A stretch of 64,000 nucleotides of DNA from a virus. Below, one piece after another: positions 1-10,791 of the stretch. A program made the translations under genes and the position numbers. The stretch spans positions 1-64,000 of IMG/VR virus record IMGVR_UViG_3300037190_000626, one strand, 5' to 3'. A model generated the notes under the pieces. The model was given only the letters and a program-made list of their open reading frames with translations. It was not told where the DNA came from and did not search any database. How positions within the stretch are numbered: position 1 is the stretch's first letter; each line of letters begins with the position of its first letter.

Positions 1-561
1 ATATGAATATTTCTGAAACGCAAACGGTGTTTGACGCGTTGAGCGTCTGCAATCGTCCCGTCCACAACGGGACGTTATCATTAGGCAGAAACCCAAGACG
101 GGGTGAGCATATACTCACCCGCATTGATTCAAGCTTTCTATTGCCACCGGTGATGAAAGCTTTCATCAACGTCAACCCCGAAGCGGCCCTCGACTTCTTC
201 GATAGGTTATGCCTAGATAACGGCGGGAAGTTCCCCGAAGCCGCACTCATCGAGAAACTGGGGCTAGAGGTAGCCCCACACGCTGGGACGATCCGGTTCG
301 ATGGAAATCGACGAGTCGCAGTTAAACTCGGCGGAAGCAAGCTCATCGGCTACGGTCGAGGAGCAGAGTAGTCACAAGAGTGACTTATCGCCTGCACGGA
401 GCAGGCAGTTATGCGTTGAGATGTGTACAATGTGGTACAATCTCAGCCTGACTGCTCTCTGTGCAGGCGGACGGGGTTGGTTAGCATTCATACGCTTGAC
501 CTTCCCCCTTAGCTATTAGAGAATAAGACTATGTGTTGTACTTTTACCGAAGGAGAAAATC

Positions 562-894
562 ATGGGTTTGTTTGTTCGAGAAGATCTCAGTAAGTTTGCA
601 GATGATCTGGGGTCTGGAATTGTAGTACTGGAAAGTGAAGAGCGGCATAATTTTCCGCTAGCCATTGAAGATTTGCGTTCTATGGGTGCTCGTAATCTGG
701 CTATCGGGTATGCGGCAAAGTTGGGTTGTTCTGATCCTCGTGTTAACGGGGTTAGTAGCCCAGCTTACGCTGTGAATCAGGACGGCGATACGCTAGAGAA
801 AGTTGCGAATGATACTGACCTTCCCCCGCAACATCCTAAACGTCAGGTGTGCTCTTACCGTGTGGATATTCCAATATGCAAGAAATTAGTTTAG
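562..894 (+). CDS. hypothetical phage protein
   Basis: ORF of 110 aa with AAGGAGA Shine-Dalgarno just upstream of the ATG. Confidence 0.6.
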   Translation: MGLFVREDLSKFADDLGSGIVVLESEERHNFPLAIEDLRSMGARNLAIGYAAKLGCSDPRVNGVSSPAYAVNQDGDTLEKVANDTDLPPQHPKRQVCSYRVDIPICKKLV

Positions 895-1340
895 AGCAAT
901 GGGCCAAGTGCCTAGCCATTCTGGACCTTAAAGAAGTCAAACGGTACGGTAAACAACTGGGTATTACGGAAGATACTCTCTCTGTTTATTCGCAGTTACA
1001 GTTTGCGCTTGTAGACTGGCTATCACATCTGGGCATCTTCACGGATGCGGTGATCCTAGAGATTATTCGGACACTGTGTCCATGTATCGAAGGACTCTCC
1101 GTTGACTTCGAAGATAACGAAGAAGTCTCGGTATTCACCGTGGCGATATGCGATAGTCGGTGGGTATCATGCAGCAGGCGTGAAAAGTTCTTTGACGCTG
1201 AGACTTTCGAGGATGTCGAAGAACTTCCGGAATACGGGGTTACACACATCATGTGTGATGTAATACAGTTGTATAGCCGAATGCACTACCGATTGGTTAA
1301 AATAGAAAGCACCCCCAGCACGGAGGCTGAACATGCTTAG
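849..1340 (+). CDS. hypothetical phage protein (true start probably the internal MQEISL ATG)
   Basis: ORF overlapping both neighbours in operon-like fashion. Confidence 0.55.
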   Translation: MLLPCGYSNMQEISLEQWAKCLAILDLKEVKRYGKQLGITEDTLSVYSQLQFALVDWLSHLGIFTDAVILEIIRTLCPCIEGLSVDFEDNEEVSVFTVAICDSRWVSCSRREKFFDAETFEDVEELPEYGVTHIMCDVIQLYSRMHYRLVKIESTPSTEAEHA

Positions 1341-2019
1341 TACCAATCCCAAAGTGGTAACGCGAACGCTTTTAATGGAAGAAAGCACGCACGCCACTGT
1401 TCTGTTACTTATTCTCTTGGACACCTATGGTCCAGAGGCACTAGAGTGGGCTCCTGAAACTATTAGTATGGAGCTCAAAGATGATTATGCTGTGAATATT
1501 ACCAAGCAAACCTTGGATAAGACCATGGCAGCCATCTCGATTGTCACCACTAATTACTTCTACAAAGATGTATTGAAGTTTATTGAGCTGGTGAACATTC
1601 TCTCTGGTGATGACGCAGAACCTGATGAATTCGACCCGGCGACGGCTGGTGAGATTCTATGGGGATTGTCGGAAGCGTTCTTGTTGTGGCCTCCCGAGCA
1701 GGGAGACAACCCTGAGGATACTCAATTCTCTGCGGAGATCATTGAGTACATGTCACAGGTAATGCGGGATGAGGGTTATATGTCAGCACCAGATATGCTG
1801 GCCCTTAGCGGGCATGATACGACCCAGTTCGTCCGAGACACGTGGTCGGACGACCCTGAGATGTATCAAGCGATATACGAGGTACAGCAGCAGAAGATGG
1901 AAGACTTGAAGATGTCTTTGAATGACAACTTCAAAGAGTTACTTTTGCAGCTACAACTATTACCTGTGAAATCAGGGAACAAAGAAGAGATCATGAAGAA
2001 GATCATGAGCCCTAACTGA
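1333..2019 (+). CDS. acidic hypothetical protein of large phages
   Basis: 228 aa ORF, GGAGG SD upstream, followed by a terminator. Confidence 0.6.
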   Translation: MLSTNPKVVTRTLLMEESTHATVLLLILLDTYGPEALEWAPETISMELKDDYAVNITKQTLDKTMAAISIVTTNYFYKDVLKFIELVNILSGDDAEPDEFDPATAGEILWGLSEAFLLWPPEQGDNPEDTQFSAEIIEYMSQVMRDEGYMSAPDMLALSGHDTTQFVRDTWSDDPEMYQAIYEVQQQKMEDLKMSLNDNFKELLLQLQLLPVKSGNKEEIMKKIMSPN

Positions 2020-2043
2020 ATTAAATAATAACAAAATTAACTA

Positions 2044-2076
2044 CCCTCATTGACTACTGGTCAATGGGGGTTTTTT
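2044..2076 (+). terminator. intrinsic terminator
   Basis: CCTCATTGAC-tactg-GTCAATGGGG hairpin followed by a T-run, just after the stop at 2019. Confidence 0.75.
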
Positions 2077-2077
2077 A

Positions 2078-2752
2078 ATGGCATGGCAAGGAGTAATTAT
2101 GGGTTTGAACAAATATCGGGATGTCGAATATTCCGACGACGGCTGTGAGGTGTATGAGTGCATGGCCTGTAAAGCTCAGTGGGAGGTTAGATACTTTCCT
2201 ACTGCGTACTGCGGCAATTGCGGCATTAAATTCGAAGGACAACACGAGTGTCGTGGTCATTATACACCTCGGTGGGAGTATGAACGATTTGATGGGCATT
2301 ACTGGGATGAGAGAGACTACGAAACTCGCCGGGCTGAAGATAAAGAAAAAGAAGCTATCAAAGCCAAAGAAAAGGTGTGGGTGATTCAGAAGAGAATTAC
2401 TTTATTGGAAAGCGAGTATAGCTGGGATTACGAAAGCGATGCGGAACCTTTCCCACGTGTGGGGGAGTGGCGAGATGAGTACCGCTCCGATAGGCCTGCA
2501 TGGCTACACCCTGCAAGAGATATTCATGCAGAGCTCGTACGCCACAGAAAATACGATAACGATTTAGCGGAAGCTGAGGCGTACACCCAGCGTATAGAGA
2601 AGAAACAACTGTGTGAAACGGTCACCGAAGCAGGCGGGGACGTCAGCGAGTGGGGCTGCGACCGTGTCACCGTTGAGAAGTTCGAGCATAGAGTTGTCAC
2701 CAAGTTTCGTGGTGATGCTCGTGGCTCAGTTATTTATTACAGAGAAAGGTAG
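2078..2752 (+). CDS. hypothetical protein with N-terminal CxxC...CxxC zinc ribbon
   Basis: CMAC and CGNC motifs; GGAG SD precedes the internal MGLNKY start. Confidence 0.6.
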   Translation: MAWQGVIMGLNKYRDVEYSDDGCEVYECMACKAQWEVRYFPTAYCGNCGIKFEGQHECRGHYTPRWEYERFDGHYWDERDYETRRAEDKEKEAIKAKEKVWVIQKRITLLESEYSWDYESDAEPFPRVGEWRDEYRSDRPAWLHPARDIHAELVRHRKYDNDLAEAEAYTQRIEKKQLCETVTEAGGDVSEWGCDRVTVEKFEHRVVTKFRGDARGSVIYYRER

Positions 2753-3024
2753 AACATGAGTTTTATGGAAGAAGCCCTGACGGCGGCAGCAAAATGCCCC
2801 GAGAAGCACGACTTTAAAGTCGGCGACAAGATACGAATCCTACATCGAGATTACATCGATGAGATTGCGGTAGTCAGGGGTTTATCCGAGAACCTTCTCG
2901 GTAAGCCTTTGTTGGACGTCGATATCGACTATGGCCGTGATGGGATTTTGAAAGGCCTGTGTTTTTACCCTGACGAGGTAGAGCATTATGTGCCTCAATC
3001 ACTTACTGAACAGAAAGGTAAACT

Positions 3025-3717
3025 ATGTCACACGTAGCAGAAAGTAAAATCAAGATCACGGACATTCAGGCATTGCTTGAAGCCGTGAAGGCAGGTTGTC
3101 CCGACCTAGAATTGGTACGGGGAACCGAGTATCGAACGTGGGTTACGGATCACGGCTCCTTGGCGGGAGACTATCCGTTAGCCGCGCTATACCAGTTAAA
3201 GGCAATCGGTCAGATGACTAAGGACGGTCATGACGTGCACGCCCTAGCTAAAACTCAAGGAGTTACTCTTCCTGAGAAGCTGGCTGATGTTGAGAATAAT
3301 CCGCTAACTCTGGAAGAGCTAAGAAAGCTCAAACAAATTCCAGAATTTAAGGATGCACTCGACGAGGTAGAAAAGTCTATCAGCAAAGATTCGGAATACG
3401 TCATCCGATATAAAGAGGGTCACCCAGAGCATGGGAAAGCCTATGAAGTTGGTGTTGTACCTCACCCATACAAGAAGGGTGAGTACACATTGATGACTGA
3501 CTTCTATCAGAATGGCAAAGGCCTGTTCGATGCGAAGGGCTTAGGTGGTTACAAGCAGGTAGAGAAAGACGGGAAAACAAGTGATGACTGGGGGCAGGAG
3601 CTTCGCCAGCGTTATACCGTTATTGCTATGCGTAACCGTGCTCAGAAAGAGGGTAAGAAGGTTACTAAAGTAGAAAAACTAGCGGACGGTTCTGTCCGAA
3701 TGGAGATCTCAGAATGA
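3025..3717 (+). CDS. DUF1257/Ycf35-like protein
   Basis: N-terminus MSHVAESKIKITDIQALLEAVK and C-terminus ...LADGSVRMEI resemble DUF1257; neighbours a DUF2997-like gene and an AAA ATPase. Confidence 0.6.
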   Translation: MSHVAESKIKITDIQALLEAVKAGCPDLELVRGTEYRTWVTDHGSLAGDYPLAALYQLKAIGQMTKDGHDVHALAKTQGVTLPEKLADVENNPLTLEELRKLKQIPEFKDALDEVEKSISKDSEYVIRYKEGHPEHGKAYEVGVVPHPYKKGEYTLMTDFYQNGKGLFDAKGLGGYKQVEKDGKTSDDWGQELRQRYTVIAMRNRAQKEGKKVTKVEKLADGSVRMEISE

Positions 3718-3886
3718 GTGATGAACCTTTTTATCATTCTACTTTCCCGCCTTTTACTGGGAAAAAAGAGGCAATGTTTAAGTGCCGTGAGTGCGGTACG
3801 AAATATGAACAGTCATTTTGCTCAACTGACGATGTGGCTATATGCCGCTGGTGTAGTGGAGAAGAAAAAGAAGCGGGGATATTAGA

Positions 3887-4171
3887 ATGAGCGTACGTGA
3901 AGAAATAGATGAGATGATTCAGGAGATGAATCCTGACGCAATGTTCATGGACGGATTAGATGACGCCATTATTGGCATTGGATGCCAGTACACAGGTACG
4001 CCTCTGGTGGTCTATAGCGCTACCAAGATTATCGAATCCCTCATGGCGGGTGACGACGGGATGGACTATGAGACCGCCCAAGAGCATTACGGATTTAACA
4101 TTGCGTGTGCATACGTGGGAGAAGGAACCCCAATCATCGTTGAAGACTGGATAATCGAGGAGAACAAATAA
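3887..4171 (+). CDS. conserved small phage protein (DG.DDAIIG...FNI..AY.G..TP family)
   Basis: Motif recognised from phage hypothetical proteins. Confidence 0.55.
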   Translation: MSVREEIDEMIQEMNPDAMFMDGLDDAIIGIGCQYTGTPLVVYSATKIIESLMAGDDGMDYETAQEHYGFNIACAYVGEGTPIIVEDWIIEENK

Positions 4172-4365
4172 TGGCTAAGAAAGTAATTATCACAATTAAG
4201 CCTGATGCCGAGACAGAAATAACGGCGGAAGGGTTTACAGGTGCGGATTGTTACAAGGCTACGGCTCCTTTCGAGGAGCTGCTGGGTGATGACAAAACCG
4301 ACCGCAAAACCGACGATTTTTATCGCGGTGGTGGTGGTCAGCTTAAGGAGACAGAAAATGAGTAG
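4171..4365 (+). CDS. DUF2997-like small protein
   Basis: IITIKPDAETEITAEGFTGADCYKATAPFEELLG matches the typical pattern. Confidence 0.7.
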   Translation: MAKKVIITIKPDAETEITAEGFTGADCYKATAPFEELLGDDKTDRKTDDFYRGGGGQLKETENE

Positions 4366-6232
4366 CGTTTTTCATAAGATCCACGAGAACATCCGGATGG
4401 GTGAAGGTTGCGTGGTTGTTGAGACTGAAGAGTCACAAGACGTGATTGAAGAAATTCGTGGTGGCGTGTATGCCACCAACAAGGCCGCACAAGAACCTAA
4501 GGAACAAGTCTTTGTGGCTTTCCATGATGCGGTCCGTGGTCTTCAGGATATCGACGGAGATATTTTGAGTGCTGTGGCAGCTAACGAATCTAATGCTGAT
4601 GAACTTGCTGCTTTAGGGATGACGGCAGATGAGCCAGAAGCATGCAGTGCGTTTGACGCTATCAAGATGTTTTTGGACATTGCTGATGAACGTAAACGTG
4701 CCGCAGAAAATGGAGACGATAGCGCGAGTCATGATATCAAACAGGTTCTCGTGTTGAGAAACTTTGATCGGGAGTTGATGCCGCAGGGAAACCAGAACAT
4801 CAATGCTCGGCTTCTCATGGCAGTGCAACATCTCATCACCGTGGGTCGTATGACTGACGTGATGTTGGTTCTCTTGGTGAGCACAGGTGCAGAGTTGCCT
4901 GCTGAAATACGCGAGCACGTTGCTGGTGTCTTCCATGACCTTCCCGATAACGACGAGCGTCATGCTATCATCGAAGATCTGGCTGATGCTTGCGGTCTTG
5001 AGAAGGACGAAGACGCGGCTGTAAGGACCGTTGCGGCTACTAGTGGGCTGAGCCGGGCTTGGACCGAAAGAAGCGTTAGCGAGGCTCTGAGTCGCTACAA
5101 GGGTCTGGATACAGGCGCTATCTGGCGTATGAAAGCAGAGTATCTAGGAAAACAGGGGCTTTTGCAGCTCTGGACCCCGGAGTTCCAAAAAGAGGTAAAA
5201 CTCTGGCCAACACCCGATAGCGGGTTTGAAGGCTTCTCAGATGTGACGATGTTGCGTGAAGAAACGCATCAGCAGAACCGGGAAGTTCCCGCTGATAACA
5301 TCCGTGCCCGTCTTCGCTATTCAGATAGTGAAGTGATCAAGGAGCACTGGCTTGACCCGATGCCTACGGAAGAGTTTGAAGCGAAGTTTCGTCCTGAGCG
5401 TGACTTCTTCAGCTTCAAGTCTGTAATCGGGCTGAACGGTCTGAAGGGTTTCCTCCAGCGTGGTAATCGTGCTGGTATCCCTGACCGTGCCAAGATGAAG
5501 GGCGTTTTACTCGTTGGTGTTCCGGGTACCGGGAAGAGCTTCATCATGAAGTGTGCTGCCGGTGAACTTGGGATGCCGCTATCTGAGATGTCTGCTGCCA
5601 ACTTGTATTCCAAGTGGCTCGGGGAGACTGACAAGAATCTCCGCAAGATGCTCAGTACAGTTGAATCGATTGGCGGCATTCTCGGTATTGATGAATACCA
5701 GAGGTTCATGCCTACGGGCGGTGACGAGTCCGAAGGACGGACTAGTCAGAGTGTCGCAGGTGGAATGCTGACGTGGCAGAACGATCAGAACAGTGTGCTA
5801 GTGTTAGCCGCTGCTAATGACGTGAGTGCTATTCCGCCGGAATTCACTCGATCTGGTCGATTCGATACCACGTACTTCGTGGGCTTTCCTTCACGTGAGT
5901 CGAAAGACGCGGCGTGGGAGATGTATATCTCTCGCCACGAGCTGGATGAGCAGAAGCTTCCCGAAGATGACTATTGGGTACCGGCGGACATCGAAGTGTG
6001 CTGCAAAATGAGTGAGCAGCAGGGAATCTCCCTGCGTGAAGCAGCGAAATATATCAAGATCTCCTACTCAGGTACCGGGAAGGCTGTCTTGGATAAGTTA
6101 ATGGATTGGGCCGAAGATGCGGGCTGTATTGATGCTGAGACGAATGAACTCTTTGTTCATCCGAGGAAGCAGAAAAGCTCTGCCTCTGGTAGCCAAGCAC
6201 CGAAACGTACAGTTAGGAGTGTGAACAAATGA
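4358..6232 (+). CDS. AAA+ ATPase (Ycf46-like)
   Basis: Walker A GVPGTGKS, SKWLGETDKN, Walker B LGIDE, SRH PPEFTRSGRFD; start moved to ATG 4358 behind an AAGGAG SD. Confidence 0.85.
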   Translation: MSSVFHKIHENIRMGEGCVVVETEESQDVIEEIRGGVYATNKAAQEPKEQVFVAFHDAVRGLQDIDGDILSAVAANESNADELAALGMTADEPEACSAFDAIKMFLDIADERKRAAENGDDSASHDIKQVLVLRNFDRELMPQGNQNINARLLMAVQHLITVGRMTDVMLVLLVSTGAELPAEIREHVAGVFHDLPDNDERHAIIEDLADACGLEKDEDAAVRTVAATSGLSRAWTERSVSEALSRYKGLDTGAIWRMKAEYLGKQGLLQLWTPEFQKEVKLWPTPDSGFEGFSDVTMLREETHQQNREVPADNIRARLRYSDSEVIKEHWLDPMPTEEFEAKFRPERDFFSFKSVIGLNGLKGFLQRGNRAGIPDRAKMKGVLLVGVPGTGKSFIMKCAAGELGMPLSEMSAANLYSKWLGETDKNLRKMLSTVESIGGILGIDEYQRFMPTGGDESEGRTSQSVAGGMLTWQNDQNSVLVLAAANDVSAIPPEFTRSGRFDTTYFVGFPSRESKDAAWEMYISRHELDEQKLPEDDYWVPADIEVCCKMSEQQGISLREAAKYIKISYSGTGKAVLDKLMDWAEDAGCIDAETNELFVHPRKQKSSASGSQAPKRTVRSVNK

Positions 6233-6464
6233 GGTTAGCAGAAAAAACTACGGCTGTTTGTGAGGACGAAGCTAAGGAAGAAAGTTCAGTTTCGGAAGTT
6301 TCGACAACTGAAACGAAGACTTTCGAGGTTCCGGGCTGGGTGCAGGTGGTTCAAAGCTTTACCCAAGGCCTTGGTCTCTGTATCGGAGTTATTTTGGCAC
6401 TTCCGTTTATTGCCGTCAGCCGAGGCATTGAGTGGTATCAGAACAATAAAAATAAGGTGGAAAA

Positions 6465-7838
6465 ATGAGTATGACTTTTAACCAACAAGAATTGTTTGGA
6501 CAACCGGAGGACGATGGACTCCTCCAACAGGTTACGCAGGAGGAGCAGGACTACCTCGGGGGCGATACGATTGATACCCCGGGAGACTTGGGACCGAGCG
6601 AGGATTTTGATACCCTCGTGCAGAACTCCGGTTCGGAGTCTGTCGGAGATTTCCTTCAGGAAGAGTGCATGACTGTGGAGATGGAGCTTGGATCTCTCCC
6701 CACATCGTTTGCCATTCCCAAGGAAGTCAAGAAGAAATGGGCTGAGACTACGGACACGAATCAACGTCGTGTTCGGGGCCGATTGGCTATCCTCAGCTCG
6801 GATTCGCACCCTTACCTGAAGGAAGGGAATGCAATCAAGCGGCAGATCACAGCCATCTTGGACCAGTATACTCTACCTAAACAGCAGGTAGCTATATCTT
6901 CGGCAGGTATTACCGACGATGGTGCTAAGCTGATTTCCAAGAAGGAATCAGGTAAGCGGATCATTCTCAAGAGCTTGGTTGATGAGTTTACCGAGAAGAT
7001 TACCCCGGCTATTGACGCGTATATCATGTGGGGAGCCGGTCTTGATCAGCGACTTGACATGTTTCGCACGGAAGACCGAATAGCCCTTGGAGACGCGTGG
7101 GATCTAATGGAACCCAAGTATCCTAAGAGCCTTGCACCGCATGTGACGGTTGTTGAACCTACGTTCAGCCCGATCAACATCACTATAGATTTTGAGAAGG
7201 TTGCGCCGCGTAGTGCGGAACAGCTTCGCAAGACGAATGCTGCGTGGTTGGATGCCACTGTTGGTGCAGCAGTCGGTGAAGTCGTTGAGACTTTGCTTGA
7301 CAACGTACGAGACGTTGTGAGGCAGCTTGGTACTAGACAGCGGCTGCTTCCCGCTATTGGAAGTGAGTACGGGCATCTTCGTGAGCACGAAGTAAAGAAA
7401 ATCCTCAAGCACGAGGATGATCCTCAGAATATTCCTGCCGACTCGTGGTTGGTTTTCACTCAGGTTAAGGGGAGTGGAGTTAAGGAGCACCTTATTCCGG
7501 TTGCGGATTTCAAAGCCCAGCTGAATATGTATGCAACAGACGAGCACTGCAAGCTGTATTCCAGCGGCATTGATAAGCTCATGACGTTGGCTGAGAAGAT
7601 TGGAAATATCCAAACTATGCTGGGTGAGGATGGTCCCGCCATCAGTTCCTTTGCTTCCCAACTTCAGGATCTTTTGGTGAACTTTGGGCACACGCCCGGG
7701 GCAATTGCCAAGGAACTGAAGGGCGGCTTTGCCCGTAATACTGCGCGATCGCAGCTTGCCGGGTTAGCGGATTCTATTGAGGGGCAACTTGTCCAACGTG
7801 AGAAGAAGCAGAAAGTTCACCGAAGGAGAATTGGATGA
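6465..7838 (+). CDS. hypothetical helical protein, possibly DUF3150-like
   Basis: 457 aa ORF within the DUF1257/DUF2997/AAA cluster. Confidence 0.45.
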   Translation: MSMTFNQQELFGQPEDDGLLQQVTQEEQDYLGGDTIDTPGDLGPSEDFDTLVQNSGSESVGDFLQEECMTVEMELGSLPTSFAIPKEVKKKWAETTDTNQRRVRGRLAILSSDSHPYLKEGNAIKRQITAILDQYTLPKQQVAISSAGITDDGAKLISKKESGKRIILKSLVDEFTEKITPAIDAYIMWGAGLDQRLDMFRTEDRIALGDAWDLMEPKYPKSLAPHVTVVEPTFSPINITIDFEKVAPRSAEQLRKTNAAWLDATVGAAVGEVVETLLDNVRDVVRQLGTRQRLLPAIGSEYGHLREHEVKKILKHEDDPQNIPADSWLVFTQVKGSGVKEHLIPVADFKAQLNMYATDEHCKLYSSGIDKLMTLAEKIGNIQTMLGEDGPAISSFASQLQDLLVNFGHTPGAIAKELKGGFARNTARSQLAGLADSIEGQLVQREKKQKVHRRRIG

Positions 7839-8224
7839 TAGCGAAACCCAAAGATGTGGAGTATGCGCGAAATCGTTATTTAGCGATGTCGTTCAAACAA
7901 CTCCACACTCGTTTGGGTCGCATGACGAAGCCTGATAAATTACTAGCCTTCGCTACTGTGGTGGAAGAGGATTTGATGGAGTGGATGGCTCCGGGTGAGT
8001 TTTCACTTGATCAAATCCAAAAAACTCCGCAGTTTAAGTTGCTGGTCGCCATCAACGATAAGCGAAATGTTCCAACGGTAATTATTCCATCCACCCCCAA
8101 GGAATCGACACACTTGCAAGCGATCATTCGAAAGCCGCCTGTAAGTGTGAAGGTTCTGGGGGTGGTGGTTGAGGGCAGCGAACCTAAACGGAAGATACCA
8201 AGACGGAGGATATCAATGGAATGA
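7835..8224 (+). CDS. hypothetical protein
   Basis: ATGA overlaps with both neighbours. Confidence 0.55.
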   Translation: MIAKPKDVEYARNRYLAMSFKQLHTRLGRMTKPDKLLAFATVVEEDLMEWMAPGEFSLDQIQKTPQFKLLVAINDKRNVPTVIIPSTPKESTHLQAIIRKPPVSVKVLGVVVEGSEPKRKIPRRRISME

Positions 8225-8532
8225 AAAGTATCATTGTTAAACCCGACGGTAATGTTCTGAAGATTTACGAGCCGGGAGATGAAGAACTAGGTTTGACGAA
8301 ACGTCGAGCATCCCACGTTGAGCCCGTTAACCGGGTTCTTCGTGGGTTTTTTCATATGATCCGGAAGCGTTGTGCTGACGATAGTGTCATGGCAGCCTTT
8401 ACTCGTAAGTGGCCGTGCAAATGGAGAGCACGGATATTTGACGGTCCCACGTTAGGGCCGTTTAGCCGCAGGAGCGGTGCAATTGAGGCGGAAATTGAGT
8501 GCATCGAAAAAACCTTTCTAGAGGAGAAATGA
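8221..8532 (+). CDS. conserved 'RASHVEP...GP.LGPF' protein
   Basis: RRASHVEP and GPTLGPFSRR motifs, which I associate with prophage-like elements carrying the DUF1257/AAA module. Confidence 0.55.
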   Translation: MKSIIVKPDGNVLKIYEPGDEELGLTKRRASHVEPVNRVLRGFFHMIRKRCADDSVMAAFTRKWPCKWRARIFDGPTLGPFSRRSGAIEAEIECIEKTFLEEK

Positions 8533-8533
8533 T

Positions 8534-8953
8534 ATGAGACCTGAAGTACACATTGCGATTTTGAAGACGCTGACGAAGACGAAGCCTGAGTTGCCGCCGG
8601 GAACGACGTTCCCTGTGTCCGAGGTGGTCCAGCTGGACGTGAACGGGACTGTGCAAACAGGTAAGGCCACGACGGTCACGCCGCATTTTAAGCCGCCCGT
8701 TATTGAAGCGCTGGCTATTTTGATTAGTGAAATGGAGCCGGAAGAACAGATTGACGTTCTCGACGAGTTCGAATCAGCCATGAAGAAGATGATTCGACTT
8801 GGGGATAAGGTAGAACAGAAATATGCGCCGCAGATTTCACTCGTGAAAGATCGCGTAGAACGCGTGCAGCAGTCTTACCAGAAGAAGGTCGAACCTCGGC
8901 AACGTCGCGGTAACACGACTGTTGCTGTTGAAGTCAAGGAGATCTTAGTATGA
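8534..8953 (+). CDS. hypothetical protein
   Basis: 139 aa ORF, GAGGAG SD, tight packing. Confidence 0.55.
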   Translation: MRPEVHIAILKTLTKTKPELPPGTTFPVSEVVQLDVNGTVQTGKATTVTPHFKPPVIEALAILISEMEPEEQIDVLDEFESAMKKMIRLGDKVEQKYAPQISLVKDRVERVQQSYQKKVEPRQRRGNTTVAVEVKEILV

Positions 8954-10434
8954 GTGAGTGGATTACGGTTAATCGAGACGGTTTACGACAAATTAATGAA
9001 CGTCTCCTCGCACGTCGAGGCTTCGGCATGATTGCCGCTGAACTGTATCAGAACGTGATGGATACAGACGCGACGGAGTGTCTCTTTACCGTTACGAAAA
9101 TTGATGGCTTTGCTCGTGCGGAGATTATCGTACAGGATAACGGCCCCGGTTTTATTAATCTGAAGGATGCTTGGGAAATGTTTGGACCTTCTGAGAAGAA
9201 GGACAATCCCACGAAGGCGGGCAGATTTAACATCGGAGAGAAGGTTGTTCTTTCCTTCTGCTACAGCGCCACAATTGAGACGACTACCGGGACGGTTGTG
9301 TTTGATGAAAATGGCCGCCGTGAGTACCGTCGCAGAAAGCGCGAAGAAGGCACTAAGGTTACACTGGAAATCCGGTGTACCAATCATCAGTTCAATCAGC
9401 TGATTGAATATATGCCCCAGCTGATCGTGCGAGATGGGTTGAGGCTCTGTGTTAATGGTGCAGAGATCGCGGGTCGTGAGCCAATCGCAACGTGGGGGGA
9501 AACACTCCCTACCGAGATTGGTGAGGATTTGCGGCCCAGTCGTCGCAAGACCGAGGTGTGTGTTTACGAGGCCAAGGACGGTGAAACGCCCATGCTCTAT
9601 GAGCTGGGTATTCCTGTCGTGGAGACAGGTGATCGTTGGCACGTAAGCATTCAGCAGAAGGTTCCTCTCAATACTGAGAGAGACAACGTTACGCCCGCAT
9701 TTCTACGGGAAGTTCGTGTGTCTGTTGTTAATAACATGCACGATCAACTGACCGAGGAGGACACAGAGTCCACGTGGGTTAACGAAGCGACGAGCGATGA
9801 TCGTTGTGAAGATGAGGCAGCAGAGACTTTCCGTGTTAAGAAATACGGCGAGAAGAGTGTTTCGTTTGACCCGACGAATCCCGAGGCCAATGCTGTAGCC
9901 ATGAGTGAGGGGTATACGATTATTCCCTCTCGTGGTCTTACAGGCGGTCAGCGTACGAACCTGAAAGGGGCAGGTACGTTGCGGTCATCGTCGGAGCAGT
10001 ATCCCACAGCAGGCAAGGGAGCCTACAGTGACGATCCTAATGCACCTCCGGTCTATGTGCTTGAAGACGACGAGCTGACTGACGGAATGAAGAAAGTCCG
10101 TAAGTATGCCGAGGACCTCGGAAAAAGTCTGATGGGTGCGACGATAGCAGTTCGTTTCGTCAAAGGTCCCACGCGTTTTCAGCGTGAGTCGTGGGCTGCG
10201 GCTTACGGTGGCCGTCAGCTCGACTTCAACGTGGCTAACTTGGGAATGCAATGGTGCGACGAGAAGGGTGCTGTTGGGACACGGAGATTGGATGAGTTGA
10301 TCATCCACGAGTTCGGACATCACTACGAATCTAATCACTTCAGCAGTAACTATCACGAAGCCTTGTGTATGTTAGGCGCGAAGTTAAAGGCGGTAGCGTT
10401 GAAGGAGGCCAAAAATGGGTTGGTGGAGTATTAG
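8950..10434 (+). CDS. GHKL (HATPase_c) ATPase with C-terminal HEXXH motif
   Basis: ELYQNVMD, QDNGPGF, GRFNIGEK, GTKV Bergerat-fold motifs; IIHEFGHH near the C-terminus. Confidence 0.75.
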   Translation: MSEWITVNRDGLRQINERLLARRGFGMIAAELYQNVMDTDATECLFTVTKIDGFARAEIIVQDNGPGFINLKDAWEMFGPSEKKDNPTKAGRFNIGEKVVLSFCYSATIETTTGTVVFDENGRREYRRRKREEGTKVTLEIRCTNHQFNQLIEYMPQLIVRDGLRLCVNGAEIAGREPIATWGETLPTEIGEDLRPSRRKTEVCVYEAKDGETPMLYELGIPVVETGDRWHVSIQQKVPLNTERDNVTPAFLREVRVSVVNNMHDQLTEEDTESTWVNEATSDDRCEDEAAETFRVKKYGEKSVSFDPTNPEANAVAMSEGYTIIPSRGLTGGQRTNLKGAGTLRSSSEQYPTAGKGAYSDDPNAPPVYVLEDDELTDGMKKVRKYAEDLGKSLMGATIAVRFVKGPTRFQRESWAAAYGGRQLDFNVANLGMQWCDEKGAVGTRRLDELIIHEFGHHYESNHFSSNYHEALCMLGAKLKAVALKEAKNGLVEY

Positions 10435-10791
10435 CGAGACTATGGTTAACGGGGATGGACCTGCTGACCATATGGATAAAGCTGTTAGCAAAATCAGGGA
10501 AGAATATAAGGAAGTGTGGGGTAGGGAGCCCTACACGGAAGAACTAGAGGCTGTTTTAAAATTCTGTGTCGCTGGTGATTTCAAATCTAGTGATGAATCA
10601 ATGAAACGAGGTCCCGGTATTAACTGGGCAAATGAAAAAGGAGACTAGACATGAGTATTGAATTAATTGAGATGTTAGCAGGATTCGCGATGGGCGTTTC
10701 GTCTGCGGCAATGGTTGTACGTTACCGTGCATCGGAGTTTTCACTTCCGCGTTCGTTCTTTGCACGAGCAGCAGGACAGGAGGATAAGTAA

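Noticed and set aside
4613-10356. Numerous minus-strand ORFs (e.g. 7104-7691, 8983-9642, 9985-10356; likewise 46852-47544, 55794-56339 and 62309-62830 further along)
   Set aside because: Antisense shadows of well-supported + strand genes, with no recognisable motifs.
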